DNA of 64,000 nucleotides, taken from Octopus vulgaris (lineage: Eukaryota). The stretch's first letter is position 1; the number at the start of each line of letters is the position of its first letter. The stretch is taken from NCBI GenBank assembly GCA_951406725.2, contig OX597830.1, positions 75,454,001-75,518,000 of the forward strand, written 5' to 3'. The position numbers and the translations under genes are program-made. The notes beneath the pieces were generated by a model. The model saw only the letters and a list, made by a program, of their open reading frames with translations. It ran no database searches and was not told the origin of the DNA. This document shows, piece by piece, positions 24,726 to 39,832 of the stretch.

Positions 24726-26710
24726 CCGCCACACATGGATCCTCGAAACACTAGTCATTAACAAAGTAGCACCAACAATTATAAAATACATAGGACACTC
24801 TATGAATAAATGGCAAACAGTTCTACAGCTCCAAACAAAAGAGGGACTCATGAAAACCAAAGCCATCCCCAGTAGAAGAGGAATATTCCAGGGAGACACG
24901 CTCTCTCCACTCCTTTTCTGCTTGGCACTGTCACCTCTATCTGATATGCTAAATAGAACTGGATGCGAATATAAATGTTACGGCAAAAAATCAGCCACCT
25001 TTTATATATGGATGACCTAAAACTATACGCTGCAAATGACAAAAAGCTGGAAACACTATTAAAAACAGTTCATGGATTTACCAAAGAAATAGATATGAAA
25101 TTTGGATTAGAAAAATGCGCCAAAGTAACCATGAAAATAGGAAAACTAGTTAAGAGTAGCAACATCACACTAGATATAACCAATGAAATAAAAGAATTAG
25201 ACCAAAGCCAAACTTACAAATACCTAGGAATCCATGAACTAGATAAGAGACAACACACACAAATGGAAGAGAAAATAAAAAAAGAATATTATAGACGAGT
25301 TAGATCAATACTAAAAACAGAGCTCAATGCTAAAAACAAAATAATAGGCATTAACACTTTAGCCGTCCCAGTTATAAGTTACAGCTACAATATCCTTAAC
25401 TGGACACTAAATGACCTGACCAAAATAGATAGGAAAACAAGAAAAATAATGACAGGATCTAGGATTCATCACCCAAAATCTGACATAGAAAGACTATATA
25501 TACAACGTATAGAAGGTGGTAGAGGCCTTATACAGCTGGAAAACTACTATAAAATAACCACCATAGGACTGCAAAAATATCTACTTCAGAAGGAAGGCAA
25601 ACTGATACAAAGAGCGGCAAAACAATAGCAAAACAAAAAACTGTTCTCAGTATTTAAGGAAGCTGACATGTACAAACAAGAAATCATACCACCTAGCAGA
25701 TATGAAGAAGAAGAAGAAGAAGAAGAAGAAGAAGAAGAAGAAGAAGAAGAAGAAGAAGAAGAAGAAGAAGAAGAAGAAACAAAAGCTATAAAACAAATGA
25801 AATCCAAATTAAAACTAGGACAACAACGAACTATGATAAAACGATGGCAAGAAAAGCCCCATCATGGCAAATACTGGACTAAACTAAATGCAAAAGAAAT
25901 AGACAAAGAAAAATCCCAGCAATGTTTGAGAAGCTCAGGACTCAAAGCAGAGACAGAGGGATTTTTAATTGCAGCACAAGACCAAAGCCTCCCCACCAGA
26001 AATTACCAAAAACATGTAATGAAAAGATATATAACAAGTAACTGCAGAATATGTGGAGATGGACAAGAAACAATAAATCATATTATCTCTGGCTGCCCAT
26101 TCCTGGCTAAGAAGGAATATATTCACAGACACGACAGTGTTCGGACCTACATACACTGGAAGCTATGCCAACATTATGGAATAACAACAAAAAAAGATGG
26201 TATAGGCACACACCAGAAAAGGTCACAGAAAACGAGAAAGCAACCATACTCTGGGATATGCCGATACACACAGATAGAGAAATTAAGGCCAACAGACCAG
26301 ATATAGTTGCCAGAGATCATGAAGGAAAAAATGCTTTCTTATTGATGTATCAATACCAGCAGATGACAACGTGTCTCTAAAAGAAATGGAGAAACTTTCA
26401 AAATACAAAGACCTGGAAATAGAGGTAACCAGAATGTGGAATCTAAAAACAGAAACAATTTCTATCATAGTGGGTGCATTAGGCATGACAAAAAAATGTT
26501 CAGACAAATACATAACAAAAACACCAGGACTTACAAATACATATAACATACAGAAAATTGCACTACTAGGCACTGCACACATCCTACGCAGAACACTTTC
26601 CATACAATAACCATCAGAGCATCATAACAAATCACAGCACATACACAAGGCACACAGAGCTGCGCTTGGTAGTGAAGTGAAAGCACGCTATAAAAATAAA
26701 ACTACGAAAG
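24726..26710 (+). mobile_element. R4/Dong-clade RLE-LINE, 5' truncated, inserted in (AAT)n
   Basis: GIFQGDTLSPLLF, HLLYMDDLKLYA, FGLEKC, YKYLG, RLYIQRIEGGRGL, CRICG..ETINHIISGC, RHD, NRPDIV, KLSKYKDL, IVGALG; ~3 frameshifts and a stop at 25626; (AAT)n on both flanks. Confidence 0.95.
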
Positions 26711-26814
26711 AATAATAATAATGATAATAATAATGCCGATGGAGATGATGATGATGGTAAACGCGCACTACTTAAATCATAAATACATAGATAGATATAC
26801 CCATTTATTCATAC

Positions 26815-26868
<54 letters not shown>

Positions 26869-27372
26869 CATGATTGCCTATGTGTGATTCTCTGTGCTTA
26901 ATTTCGCACCGTATTTATATATGCTGTAACCTCATGGAAATCGTTTATGATGTGATTATGTGAAGTAGCTCATACGGGAATGGAAACCGCTTCGTAAAAT
27001 TATTGCAAGCGATAACCAGCACCGTAAAAACATATAGAATCTGATACGGAAAGCTTATATAAATGACAATCTTAAATGAAAAATTATTAAAAAAAAAATT
27101 TATACATAAATATTTCAAGCAAGTGATAAAACATTTGCCGAAATTTTCTTCTCTGATACATAGATTCCATCGAAATTTCTTTGCCAAAAATTCATCATTT
27201 CTTTCATGCTTCTGCCCCACACCGTTTTATTTCTTCATTTACCGTTTTCTTTTTTTTTCTTTTCATTATTAAAGTAGCAAAAAAACGTCCAGCATTTTCA
27301 CCTTATGATCAAATATTTTCTTATAAACATGCTTTTTTTATCATCTAACAATTTTTTTTAATTCCATATTTT

Positions 27373-27414
<42 letters not shown>

Positions 27415-27543
27415 GCACTGTTATTATTATTATTACCATTATCGGTGTTCATCATCAATGTTCGTTTACTTATTATTTTGTTATTACTGATCTTATTGTT
27501 CTTAACTTTCTCCTTGTTTCTCATAATTCTTCGGTCATTATTT

Positions 27544-27619
<76 letters not shown>

Positions 27620-27726
27620 TATTATTATTATTGTAATTTTTATTGTTAAATTTTTTTTTGTAATATAATATCGAATTACCCTCGTAGTTAACTAATATCA
27701 AACACTGAAATATCTCCATATTATAC

Positions 27727-27778
<52 letters not shown>

Positions 27779-27859
27779 ATATATGCATCCATATGTATGT
27801 ATATATATATGCGTACACAGAGATTTAATGGCATACATATGTGTATATATACATATATG

Positions 27860-27903
<44 letters not shown>

Positions 27904-28545
27904 TATATATATTAATGTATATATATGTATGTATACATGAACATGTACATATACGTACATATATTTTGTTTTGAAATATGATAAAGCTTAATAATAAATA
28001 GAAAAGGGGCCAGTGAAAATGGAGGAAAAATATGAAATAATATATTTGTCCAAACATCGAGGATGTATCAAAAATCTCAGTAATATTTCGCTTTTCTTCT
28101 TCTTCTCTCTGAGAGTATTCCTACCCTCCTTCCCCCTCTATTTCTCTCTCTCTCTCTCACACACACATGCACACACATTACTGAGTTTCATAAATTCACC
28201 GCAAACCTCCATGATACGCTTATAGTTTTTTTGATATATTTTTATACAATTTTTCGTTATTAACATTATTTTTTTAATCGAAAGAAGAGAAAAAAAAAGC
28301 CTGGCACGATGGCAATATGTGAGTAAGTATGTGTGCATTTAAGTTATTTAATTTTTTTCAGTGTCAAAGAAAAGGGTGGGTGGCGTAGATTGATGGTGCA
28401 AAAAAACATAATCAGCTTATATTATGGTTTAATAATATAAAAAATATATTGCTATATATATATTTATACACTATTATTTATATCTAAACATATAAGCATA
28501 CGTGCTCTCAGAAAATGGAGAGGTATATAAATATACATGCATCAT

Positions 28546-28590
<45 letters not shown>

Positions 28591-28679
28591 TTGTGTGTAT
28601 GTACATATATATACGTATATATATATATATTAATATATATCTATGCTCATGGCCATATTATATATATATATAGCTATAG

Positions 28680-28714
<35 letters not shown>

Positions 28715-29309
28715 TGCGAGCTATGATATGCATATCATACATAAAGCGTAATGGCTATATAGTTTGTTATTCCTTCAATCAATTTTAAAATAATGTATCG
28801 CTTGTCTCATTTCTTGTCCTTTGTTTTGTACTCGTATTCATACTATGCTATTCTCTCTCTCTCTCTCTTACTTTCACTTTCACTTTCTCTTTATCTTTCT
28901 TCCTTCCCTTCTTTCTTTCTTCTTGGGGGTGCTCTTCATGATCATGGTAGGGGTGCAGTGTTTGGTTGGTTTCCATTTAGTTTTGACGAACATTATTTAA
29001 CTGACCTGCCTTTTGGAAAGCTAACAATATTAACAACAACAACGACAACAACAGCAACAACAAGTACAAGAACAACAACATCAATAACAATAATAATATT
29101 AATAATAATAAAGATGATGATGATGATGATAATAATAATAATAATAATATTATTAATAATAATAATAGTAAAATAATGATAATAGTAATAGCGATAATAA
29201 TAACAATAATAGTAACAATGATTATAAAATCAATAATAATATTAATAATGGTAATATTCAAAATATTGAAATCATAATAATATTACTAATAATAGTTATA
29301 TTAGCAGTG

Positions 29310-29357
<48 letters not shown>

Positions 29358-29774
29358 GTGATCATGATAATAATAACAATATTGGTAGATATTTATAAGA
29401 TTCATGTCTAATAATAACAATAATAAAAATCATAATAAGAATAATAACATAATGATGATAAATAGAAAAAAATTTTCATAATATAATACTATTAAGTTGA
29501 ACTTATTAAGTGAAGACAAAAGGGATAGTTAATATAGGAAAGAAATATATGCAAATGAAAGGAAACGAACGTTGCGGCAAAAAGAAACAATAGTAACAAT
29601 AACAAACTTCAAAATGTCAATGTGACTTCATTTAATATGAAGGCCATCCCCACCCACACCTCGAGTAATTATTGTCTATCATCTGATGAATTTATTTATT
29701 TATTTTTTTTATTCAGTTTTTTTTTTTAAAGTGATATTTTATAAAATAGAGTTAGTTATTATAAGTTGGTTCAG

Positions 29775-29990
29775 AAGGCGACGAAATGGCAGAGTTGTTT
29801 ATGTATGGGATAGATTGTATTGCGGTATATATTCCAACGCTTTACGTACTGAGTTCGAATTCCACCGAAGCCGATTTTGACTGATTTTGATCCAGCGCTG
29901 ATTAAAGCAGCGAAGTAGCGGAGACGAGGATCGAATAACACCCTACCAATAAAAATTTCGGGTCATGTTCTTAAATCAGAAACATTTAAA
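29775..29990 (+). mobile_element. Old SINE family A copy
   Basis: aggcgacgaaatggcagag...ttacgtactgagttcgaattccaccgaagccgatttt. Confidence 0.6.
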
Positions 29991-30027
29991 AGTTCATTCG
30001 AAAAGCGGATAGAAAGCGTTGTATGGG

Positions 30028-30062
<35 letters not shown>

Positions 30063-30937
30063 GTCTATATATATCATAAGTAAAATCATAAATCTGAAAA
30101 GGAAGCACACTCTAAGTATCAGAGCAGCAGAGTAATTAGATAAAGATAGTTCAGGCCGGACGCTGGGGTTACCCATATTTTCTCGTCGATAAAGCGCTTA
30201 ACTTTACGGCATCTCTCCAGATACTCTAATGGCCAGTGGCCTATAATATCTCTTCTAATTTGAAGCAGAAAAGATTCTTGTAATTACTTGTAATTACTGT
30301 GTTAAAAACGGAGTGAAAATCTTGAGAAAGGTCTCTGGTCCTATGGTAGAGCGACTGTCATATTTATAGGAGGCATGTGTTCAATTTCCACGATCAAGGT
30401 TTGAATTTTTCAAACGAAAGGCATTCTTTAACCCAATAAATACACGCTATTATTTATAGCTTTATCTGCTTCGAAATTCAACTTCCAAGGAAATAATCTA
30501 AATATACACATATATGGGAATGTGTGTTAATGACATTCCTAAATATTTTATTTCTTCATATTTTGTAACTTAAAGTAATAATTTTACCTTATGTGACATA
30601 AATTTTTAACATTTCGAATGAGATGGAATAACAGTTAATTTGTGGCTAGAACTCAATGCCAATCTATGTTATCCAATTTTCAATCAAATTCTGAACGTAT
30701 TTAGTCCTTTCATTTTCGTTTGGTGTCATATAACTTTTCGGAATGTACGGTTCAAACTGAATTTTAATCAGAAAATATGGAGAAAGTATTTTGGACCGTT
30801 TCTAAAACTATGTCTTATCCCACACCGAAAACAATGAAGATAAAAAGATAAATCGAATCTGCTGTTTTATTCTACTCTCCGATGTTCTCTGTGTATTTTT
30901 CAAGTGTTTACAACCCTTAAAGTAAATTAGATGACAA

Positions 30938-31105
<168 letters not shown>

Positions 31106-31204
31106 CAAAGGAATATATAATCCTGGCGGTTACCGTGTTTCCACTTAAATCGCTTTCATATGCCGGCTAATCACAACAGACCTTTTGTGATATCCGAGTT
31201 AGCA

Positions 31205-31570
31205 ACAAGTTGGTCTCGGGTTCAGTCCAACTGCGTGGCACCCTGGGCAAGTGTCTTCTACTATAGCCTCGGGCCGACCAAATCCTTGTGAGTGGATTTG
31301 GTAGACGGAAACTGAAAGAAGCCTGTCGTATATATGTATATATATATAAATGTACGTGTGTGTGTATATGTTTGTGTGCCTATGTTTGTCCCCCCAACAT
31401 CGCTTGACAACCGACGCTGGTGTGTTTACGTCCCCGTAAGGTAACGGTTCGGCAAAAGGAGACCGATAGAATAAGTACTAGGCTTACAAAGAATAAGTCC
31501 TGGTGTCGATTTGCTCGACTAAAAGCGGTGCTCCCGCATGGCCAGACTCAAATAACTGAAACAAGTAAAA
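31205..31570 (+). mobile_element. SINE family C (OR2-like), head truncated
   Basis: gggttcagtcc B-box, accctgggcaagtgtctt CORE-like segment, internal TA/TG repeat, 3' tail gcggtgctcccgcatggcc..actgaaacaagtaaaa. Confidence 0.85.
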
Positions 31571-31837
31571 CCATGGCAATTATTTTCATTGGGTAAATCT
31601 AAGTGTCCTATTCATTTCATTACATCGTGCAAACGTAAAGCCTATTTTTATTATATTCGTTGTATTCACGGTACACGTTTCTTAATAATGAGAAATTTGT
31701 GACTTCAGAGTATTAACTCCTGTTTCTAACAAGCTGGTATTTCGGTACCCTAATTCATTTGTATATTTTGCATTTTTAGGTTAAACATCTTGGCCACTTT
31801 ATTATTATTATTTTTAGTAATGGTAATTATTCAACTA

Positions 31838-32228
31838 GTGGAGGCGCAATGGCCCAGTGGTTAGGGCAGCGGACTCGCGGTCATAGGATCGCGGTTTCGA
31901 TTCCCAGACCGGGCGTTGTGAGTGTTTATTGAGCGAAAACACCTAAAAGCTCCACGAGACTCCGGCAGGGGATGGTGGTGATCCCTGCTGTACTCTTTCA
32001 CCACAACTTTCTCTCACTCTTACTTTCTGTTTCTGTTGTACCTGTATTTCAAGGGGCCAGCCTTGTTACTCTCTGTGTCACGCTGAATATCCCCGAGAAC
32101 TACGTTAAGGTTGCACGTGTCTGTGGAGTGCTCAGCCACTTACACGTTAATTTCACGAGCAGGCTGTTCCGTTGATTCGGATCAACCGGAACCCTCATCG
32201 TCGTAACCGACGGAGTGCTTCCATTCCC
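31838..32228 (+). mobile_element. Full-length tRNA-derived SINE family B (OR1-like) with 13-bp TSD
   Basis: A-box tggcccagtgg, B-box ggtttcgattcc; TSD aattattcaacta at 31825-31837 and 32229-32241. Confidence 0.92.
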
Positions 32229-33169
32229 AATTATTCAACTACTACCGTAGTTCAATAATATTCTTAAGACCGCAATTTACTCACAAGCAGCATCTTTCAG
32301 AGCTTGTCGCTAATCCAGTTCTTAACCAAATGGAAAACTGCTAACATTTTTGAAGAGGGTTGGTCCCTAACTACATTTTGGTGTAGTAGAAAAAAGTTTA
32401 CATTAAAATTTGTAGTGATGTTACAGGAGAGTAAGTAACACCACCAATCAAGTTTAGATCTAAATAACTTTTCCATTTTCAAAGCAAAATATATTTATCT
32501 TAGCTTCAATGATAGAAGAAGGCGTGAAGAATTTCATAGTTTTGATCCCATGCAACATAAATTTGTATCTAAAAAGTTGTGAAAACAAATGTATCATATG
32601 TAAGACAAAAGATTGGGTTTAACAATAATAAAACTTTTTAATTTTGGAAACAAACCCTATTTTAATTAAGCTTAAATGATAGAGCTGAATTCGAGGAATT
32701 TCATGATATCAATCTCATGTAACGAAGTTTTAAAAGAGAAAAAAGTTATGAGTGTTTCTTTCTCGAATTTGAGGGTGATAATATATTTATGAATATAATT
32801 CTAGGAGAATTTTGATATATGTCACCGGCATCATTGAGGTAAGGAAAAATTATCAAAGACACCGCTAATTGACACATATGACACATTGTTAATTAGCATA
32901 ATACCATAGCCTGTAAAATTCTTGGATTATATGAAAAATGCGAGCAAGAGAAATAATATTCTTAATATAATTTGGAAAAGAACAGGACAAGTTATTACAC
33001 TTGGAAAAGTTCAGGACAAGTTATAACATCTCGTAAAGTAAACAAGAAAATTTTTACTTACAATATTGCAGCTAAGGATAAAATAGTTTAATTGAGTTAT
33101 CTTATATTTTTAATAGAAGTAACACGTAATAACAAATAGAAGTAATAACTTGTAACAATTTTATTTTTA

Positions 33170-34260
33170 GTTTTAATAAAGGCTAATACTTTCCCCACGA
33201 ATCCTTTCTTTCAAATGCTCAACAGTTCGAAGACGATTTCAGGAAACTTCTTCCTTTATATATACCCGGAAGAAAAAGTCATAAGGGATTCTATCTGATG
33301 ACCTTGCCAGCCACTCCACGTCTTCCCTCAAAGAAATCATGATCAGTAAACATTTCCCTCGACATTCCAAGTGAACGTAGTGCTGTGTGTGCCCTTACTC
33401 CGTCTTGTTGAAACTATAGATGTTCGATATTCAACTTGTCCAGTTTAGGAGGCAAAATGTTCCTCAAAACTTCAATGTACCGGCCAGATGTAACCGTTAC
33501 CGTTTCATCACTTTCTTCAAAAAGTACGGATCGATAAATTCAAATTCAAACTGCAAACCAGTTACACTAGGAGAATGTAGCGGTCTTTCGTGGAGTTCAT
33601 AAAGATTATGTTCAGCCCAGTAGCGAACATTTTGCTTGTTTACGTTTCTTTGATATGGAAGCGAGCCTCATCGATACTCAGAAGAACAGTGCAAGAATAT
33701 CTGCACATAGAGCTTTACGATTGTTATGATCTGTCTCGGTTAATTCTCAAACTAACTTCATTTTGTAAGGATGCAGTTTCAAATCAGCATGTAGAATCCT
33801 CCTCAAACTTCGGCTTGATATTCCTAACGGTATGCTGGCAGAAACGATAGAACGCTGGGCGAAATGCGTAGCCGTATTTCGTCTGCCGTTACGTTCTGAG
33901 TTCAAATTCCGCCGAGGTCGACTTTGCCTTTCATCCTTTCTGGTCGATAAATTAAGTATTAGTTACGCACTGTGGTCAATATAATTGACTTAATCCGTTT
34001 GTCTGTCCTTGTTTGTCCACTCTGTGTTTAGCCCCTCGTGGGTAGTAAAGAAATAGGTATGCTATGCTTATGAGCAGAACGCTGTGGCGATTGCTGAACA
34101 GATGCTGTCATTGATGCCACATTTTCTGGAGTTCTAACGGCCCTAGGTCTGTCAAGAGATTTTCTTTTCAATGTGGATCTAGTTGCATGAAAGTTAGAAA
34201 TCCAAAGCAAAAGGGTTTTCCGTTCTTGTACAGATGCATTTCAACCGACTGCAGAGGTAG
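33170..34260 (-). mobile_element. Tc1/mariner DD41D (rosa-type) transposase remnant interrupted by a SINE
   Basis: RPRAVRTPENV..SPQRSA; DEARFHI...NKQNVRYW; FQQDGVRAH...EWLARSSDRIPYDFFFRVYIK; 41 residues between 2nd and 3rd D after repairing one frameshift. Confidence 0.75.
33826..34060 (+). mobile_element. SINE family A variant with alternative 3' end
   Basis: Family A head and core followed by aatccgtttgtctgtccttgtttgtcc..aaagaaata; same variant on the minus strand at ~59105-59330. Confidence 0.85.
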
Positions 34261-34948
34261 AACTAAAAAACAGAATTTTTTTTCTGTAATTAAAGATAAA
34301 TACACAAATGGTAGATCTTAGCCGTCCAAAAGAAACCTGCCCTGTCTCACGACTTTTACTTATCTCCACACGGTGCTTTCTCTAAATGTGGAAGATCCCT
34401 ATGCTGCACCTTCTATATTTCTTCAGCTGTAGAGAAGCGGGGCGTTAGAGAATGAGAAATTCAGAGGTTCATTATCATTGACAGAATGGCTCTGTTGCTG
34501 GTTTATAATAACTCTATTTTGTTGTGTATATCTGTGTGCTTAATTTATGTATGTATATATCCGGTTGTTTGTATATGTTAATGCTCATTAAGATGTGTAT
34601 ATCTCTCAATTATTCTCTTAATGTCCATAAAGAAATTACATTTTTGAATATGACTGATTTAGAGCGCATGCGTGCGGCTAAATCTGACCTTTCTAACAAG
34701 CATTTGTATATATAAGTAATTCCTTGTACATGTACATGTGTGTATGAGGGTAAGTGTGGTTGTACGTGTGTGTACCTCTGTTAATATGGGTGCATATATA
34801 TCCGTAAATATTTGTGTATATTATATAACGATGCTGATGTATGTGCATGGCATAAAGAGATTCTTTTAAGTTTCTGTTGGGAAGCATTGGTGATGTGCAA
34901 CAATTGAATGCATGCTGTGTATTTTCGTATCTATATATATATGTTTAG

Positions 34949-35033
<85 letters not shown>

Positions 35034-35036
<3 letters not shown>

Positions 35037-35408
35037 TAGCAGTATCGCCCGGCGTTGCTCAGGTTTGTAAGGGAAATAACTATAAAGCATTTTTAGAGAG
35101 TTATAGCCAAAAAATAGCAAAAAAATGGAAAAAAATGATGGTAAATTTTTTTTAGTTAAAAAAGGTGGAGTTGCGTCCCCTAGACAGTTTGCGGTTTGTG
35201 TTTCTGATTCTCGACCCCATGTCGAATTTATCGATTTTTTCAGAACTGGGGGAACTTTTCAAAATTTTCGCTGCGTTAGTTTTGAATTATGACATTGGGC
35301 TATGTGTGTGTCAAGTTTCATCAGAATCGGTTGAAAGCCGTGGTCAGGGTGAGGGTACAAGCAAACAGACACACAGAAACACGCACAGACAAACTGCCGT
35401 TTATATAT

Positions 35409-35410
<2 letters not shown>
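35034..35410 (+). mobile_element. Short Helitron/HINE-like copy in (TA)n
   Basis: tactagcagtatcgcccggcgttgc start; last ~245 bp nearly identical to 17935-18203. Confidence 0.75.
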
Positions 35411-35455
<45 letters not shown>

Positions 35456-35864
35456 TAATGGTGCTTGTGCAGTTAGGTATAAAGTCATCTGTATACGACA
35501 GTTCCGAAAAGTTCTTGACTTTGGATAAAAGAAAATACAGGAGGGTCAGTCAATCTTATATTTGAGGTGAAGGGCCTGAGAATGTCTTAGACCCTAGCAT
35601 TCCTTCGAGAACGTTCCAATGAAATAAGAAAAGACAAGTCAAAAAACAATAAAGATCCAGGGTCGGCATCTTCACCCTGATTCAATGGATCTATGACAAA
35701 ATGCGTTCCAGCCTTGATCGTCCTGTCTTAATTATTCGAATCAACGCCTCGTTCTGCACATACCTACTTTTAAATAGATTTACATAGAAAAACCTTGTAG
35801 AGAATAAAGCGAGAATTATTTAAGAATGAGTGTAGAAGTGTTTCTGTCATACATAGATGTTCTT

Positions 35865-36229
35865 GGCGCTCCGCTGGTTACGACGTTGATCCGATCAACA
35901 GAACAGCCTGCTCGTGAAATTAACGTGCAAGTGGCTGAGCACTCCACAGACACGTGTACCATTAACGTACTTCTTGGGGAGATCCAGCGTGACACGGAGT
36001 GTGACAAGGCTGGCCCTTTGAAATACAGGTACAAGAGAAACAGGAAGAAAGAGTGAGAGAAAGTTGTGGCGAAAGAGTACAACAGGGTTTGCCACCATCC
36101 CCTGCCGGAGCCTCGTGGTACTTTAGGTGTTTTCGTTCAATGAACACTCACAACACCCGGTCTGGGAATCGAAACCGCGATCATACGACGGCGAGTCCGC
36201 TGCTCTAAACTCTGGGCCATTGGGTCTAC
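35865..36229 (-). mobile_element. SINE family B copy
   Basis: Reverse complement of 31838-32228 along its length. Confidence 0.9.
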
Positions 36230-36569
36230 ACCAACCATAGATGATTCTTCCGTAAAATACCATGAGCATTGTGTAGAAGACAGTGAATTAAAATGTTAGT
36301 ATGAAAGCGTCTGTGTATGAAAGAGAAAAAGTGTGTGTGTGTGTGGAGTCATTTGAACGCTAAAACAATGCGAAGTGCATTGTGACCAGCGATGTGTAGC
36401 AAAATCTGATAGCCTAGTCGGTCACGGTGATATATATACTTAATCATATCGAAGGGAAATGGAAATTAATAGAAATCCCATTTTTTTCAAAATCTACTGC
36501 GCATATATATATATATATGTACACACATTCATATATATATAGCCAAGTTGTCTATATATATATATGTAT

Positions 36570-36615
<46 letters not shown>

Positions 36616-36756
36616 CATACATACATACATATACATACATATACACATATATACACATATATATATATATATATGTATATATGTATATATATGTATCTAT
36701 CTATCTCTATATATATTTATATACCTATATAAATATATATATATACATACATATGC

Positions 36757-36809
<53 letters not shown>

Positions 36810-36810
36810 T

Positions 36811-36972
<162 letters not shown>

Positions 36973-37480
36973 CCTGCCTAATGTTGATTGTGTCTTTTTA
37001 CGTAGCCTGTGAATTGTGAGATATGAATTTATGTGCTTCACAATATTTGTGAGAAAAATCAAATGAACGGCAGTAGAATTTTGGATGTATAAAATATACA
37101 CTCGCAATCCTATACACATGGCAGCACCACAATGAAATACGACATGAAATTATCAGGAGTAGACGATGATAAACAGATGCAAAAACTATAAAGCTATATA
37201 TAAATAAAGGTGTACAGTGTGGTATACATACATATATTGTGTTATCATTGTTCTGTAACGTGACCATCTTCCATTAAGAACTGAAGATGTGCATGTATAC
37301 TTAAGGGAATACATACTTATACATGTAAATGTATGTGCATATATATATATGTTTGTGTGTGTGTGTGTTGGCGTGTGTGAGTTTGCATGTATGTATGCAT
37401 GTACCATATATATTTTTATATAGTAAACACATTCACAAACGCTGTCACAGAAATACTAAATATCATATACGCACACACAC

Positions 37481-37535
<55 letters not shown>

Positions 37536-38433
37536 GCACAAACATATACATACACACACACCACACACATATATATATATATATGCCTGTCTGTCTGTAT
37601 GTGTGTAGGTATATACGTTACATGCATACACATGTAATTACATATAAATCTATGTGTATATATGTATATTTATATATGTGTATGTGTGTGTGCAGAGAGG
37701 GAGAAGTGAAACAGAGAGGCAGATAGAAATATAGATAGATAGGTAGATATTCACATAATTGGGTATCCTTATTTTAATAATCTGCTGTTAAATAAATCTT
37801 GTCATGCATATATATATATATATAAACACATATGTGTATGTGTGTATGTGTGCTTGTGTACATACATACATACATACAAACATGCATACATACGTATACA
37901 TATATACACGTGAGAGAGTTAGAGAGAGAGGTTTGTCTATGTATATATATTTCCTTACATATATAGACATACGTTTACACACATACGCACACATAAACAA
38001 ACACATGAATATATGTCCACACACTCTATCCCTTTCTCTTTCTTTTCCTCACGCACATACTCACAGACATTTACGACTTCGAATTTTTACGTGGAACACG
38101 TAACCTTCCTTCGTATTTTCTTCAATATTCGTCATGCGGACTCACTGCTTCTTTATAGCATATAAAGACGAAGGAGACTTTAAGTCGCCAAACGATATGA
38201 TAGAAATAACTAGCAAATCCTTCTTGTTTCTTCGTTGCGAATTTAAAACTAACGCCATATTTACCCTGATCAAAAATTTACGGAAATGAACTTAAGGTAG
38301 TTCACATTCGAAAGACAACAAAGGGAATTTTGTATACTAGTTGCTTTGATGATCTTTGCTAATTGCGCCCTTTCTGTTCATTGCAAACACACACACACTC
38401 ACACACATACATACGTACATACACACATACATA

Positions 38434-39513
38434 CTTGCATGCATTCGCTGTGCGCCAGTACTGTTTTCAATATCCGAGCTACTTAACTGGGCTGTAGCGG
38501 ATATCCGCTGTATAAACATGTATAACCCCGAGAGATCGTGACCATGACAGGAAACTTCCACTGTAATAGGGTTATTAAGAATCTCCAGGTAAGAAGAGAT
38601 TATGGCGATTGAGACTTGAGATAGTGTAAACAACACTTACTATGCAGCAGTAGCAAGAAATAAATGCATAAACCTTGAGTTGACACGTAGGAGAACAACA
38701 TCCTAAGTGACGGCAGCGAGCTACTCCAGCAGGCGCTCTGATCCTAACGACCACTCATACAAACCTCAAACAGCCAAACTCCCATAACTCAAAGGAGACT
38801 TGGATGTGAAATGCTCAGCATGCAGAAAGTATCAAGCATGGATATGTTTCCCAAAAAACTTAAAGAAGGCACCAATATCGACATGAAATGCAGCCTTTTT
38901 GTTTTTGTTTTTGGTGTCCTGACCTCTACATCACATAACACTCCAAAGACTTATTCAATTACAGTCCTTGAGTAAGAGATTGGCTACAAAATATCTAACA
39001 GACAAAAGAAGCAGGGAAGCCCTTGGAGCTCGAAGCTGCAACAAGAACACTTCGAATACGTCATACGTATGTGGAAACCCCAAACATGAGATTAGTTAGC
39101 AGCTGCCCAAAAATGTCATTATGATAATACCTTCCAATACAAGATGACGTCCGAGTAAAATGCTGTTGAGCGATAGAGAATGTGAATACATACTTAAATA
39201 TCAACAAAAAGGAATATTTATTGAACATTGCCATCAACACGTCTACCAAGTGCAAGTGTAACACATTGGATATCCTTATTTGAGACAGCTACATAAAATA
39301 TGTTTCATCATAGCGATCAGCTCCCTTGCTGATGTGAATAACACTTTGAAACACAAGGACAGAGACATCTCTTTTGAACGTCATTTATACCGAGATTATA
39401 AATATCACTTTATATACGATCATCAAAAATTAATATGCATACAGATATACAGAATGATACACAGAATGATATTTTAAACCAACACTGCTTCTGTTTCTAA
39501 CAAGGAATTTTGA
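38434..39513 (+). mobile_element. Old, heavily decayed R4-clade LINE of the (CATA)n group
   Basis: ELLNWAVADIRCI, GNFHCN, (L)ATKYLTDKRSREA, VSSCPKMS motifs parallel 23150-23720; CATA repeats at both ends (38407-38433, 39514-39522). Confidence 0.6.
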
Positions 39514-39523
39514 CATACATACG

Positions 39524-39832
39524 GGGGGGGGGGAAGCACTCCGTCGGTTACGACGATGAGGGTTCCGGTTGATCCGAATCAACGGAACATCCTGCTCGTG
39601 AAATTAACGTGTAAGTGGCTGAACACTCCACAGACGCGTGTACCATTAACGTAGTTCTCGGGGATATTCAGCGTGACACAGAGAGTGACAAGGCCGGCCC
39701 TTTGAAATACAGGTACAACAGAAACAGGAAGTAAGAGTGAGAGAAAGTTGTGGTGAAAGAGTACAGCAGGGATCACCACCATCCCCTGCAGGAGCCTCGT
39801 GGCCCTAACCACTGGGCCATTGCGCCTCCACT
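39524..39832 (-). mobile_element. SINE family B copy with internal deletion and 9-bp TSD
   Basis: Matches family B but jumps from ggagcctcgtgg to ccctaaccactggg (B-box region missing); TSD atacatacg at 39515-39523 and 39833-39841. Confidence 0.85.

Noticed and set aside
24802-26610. Functional reverse transcriptase CDS
   Set aside because: 5' truncated, with multiple frameshifts and a premature stop; recorded as a mobile element.
31838-31915. tRNA gene
   Set aside because: Continues into a multi-copy SINE body with a TSD and has no proper acceptor stem or terminator. The same applies to heads at 9246, 16845, 24608 and ~30328.
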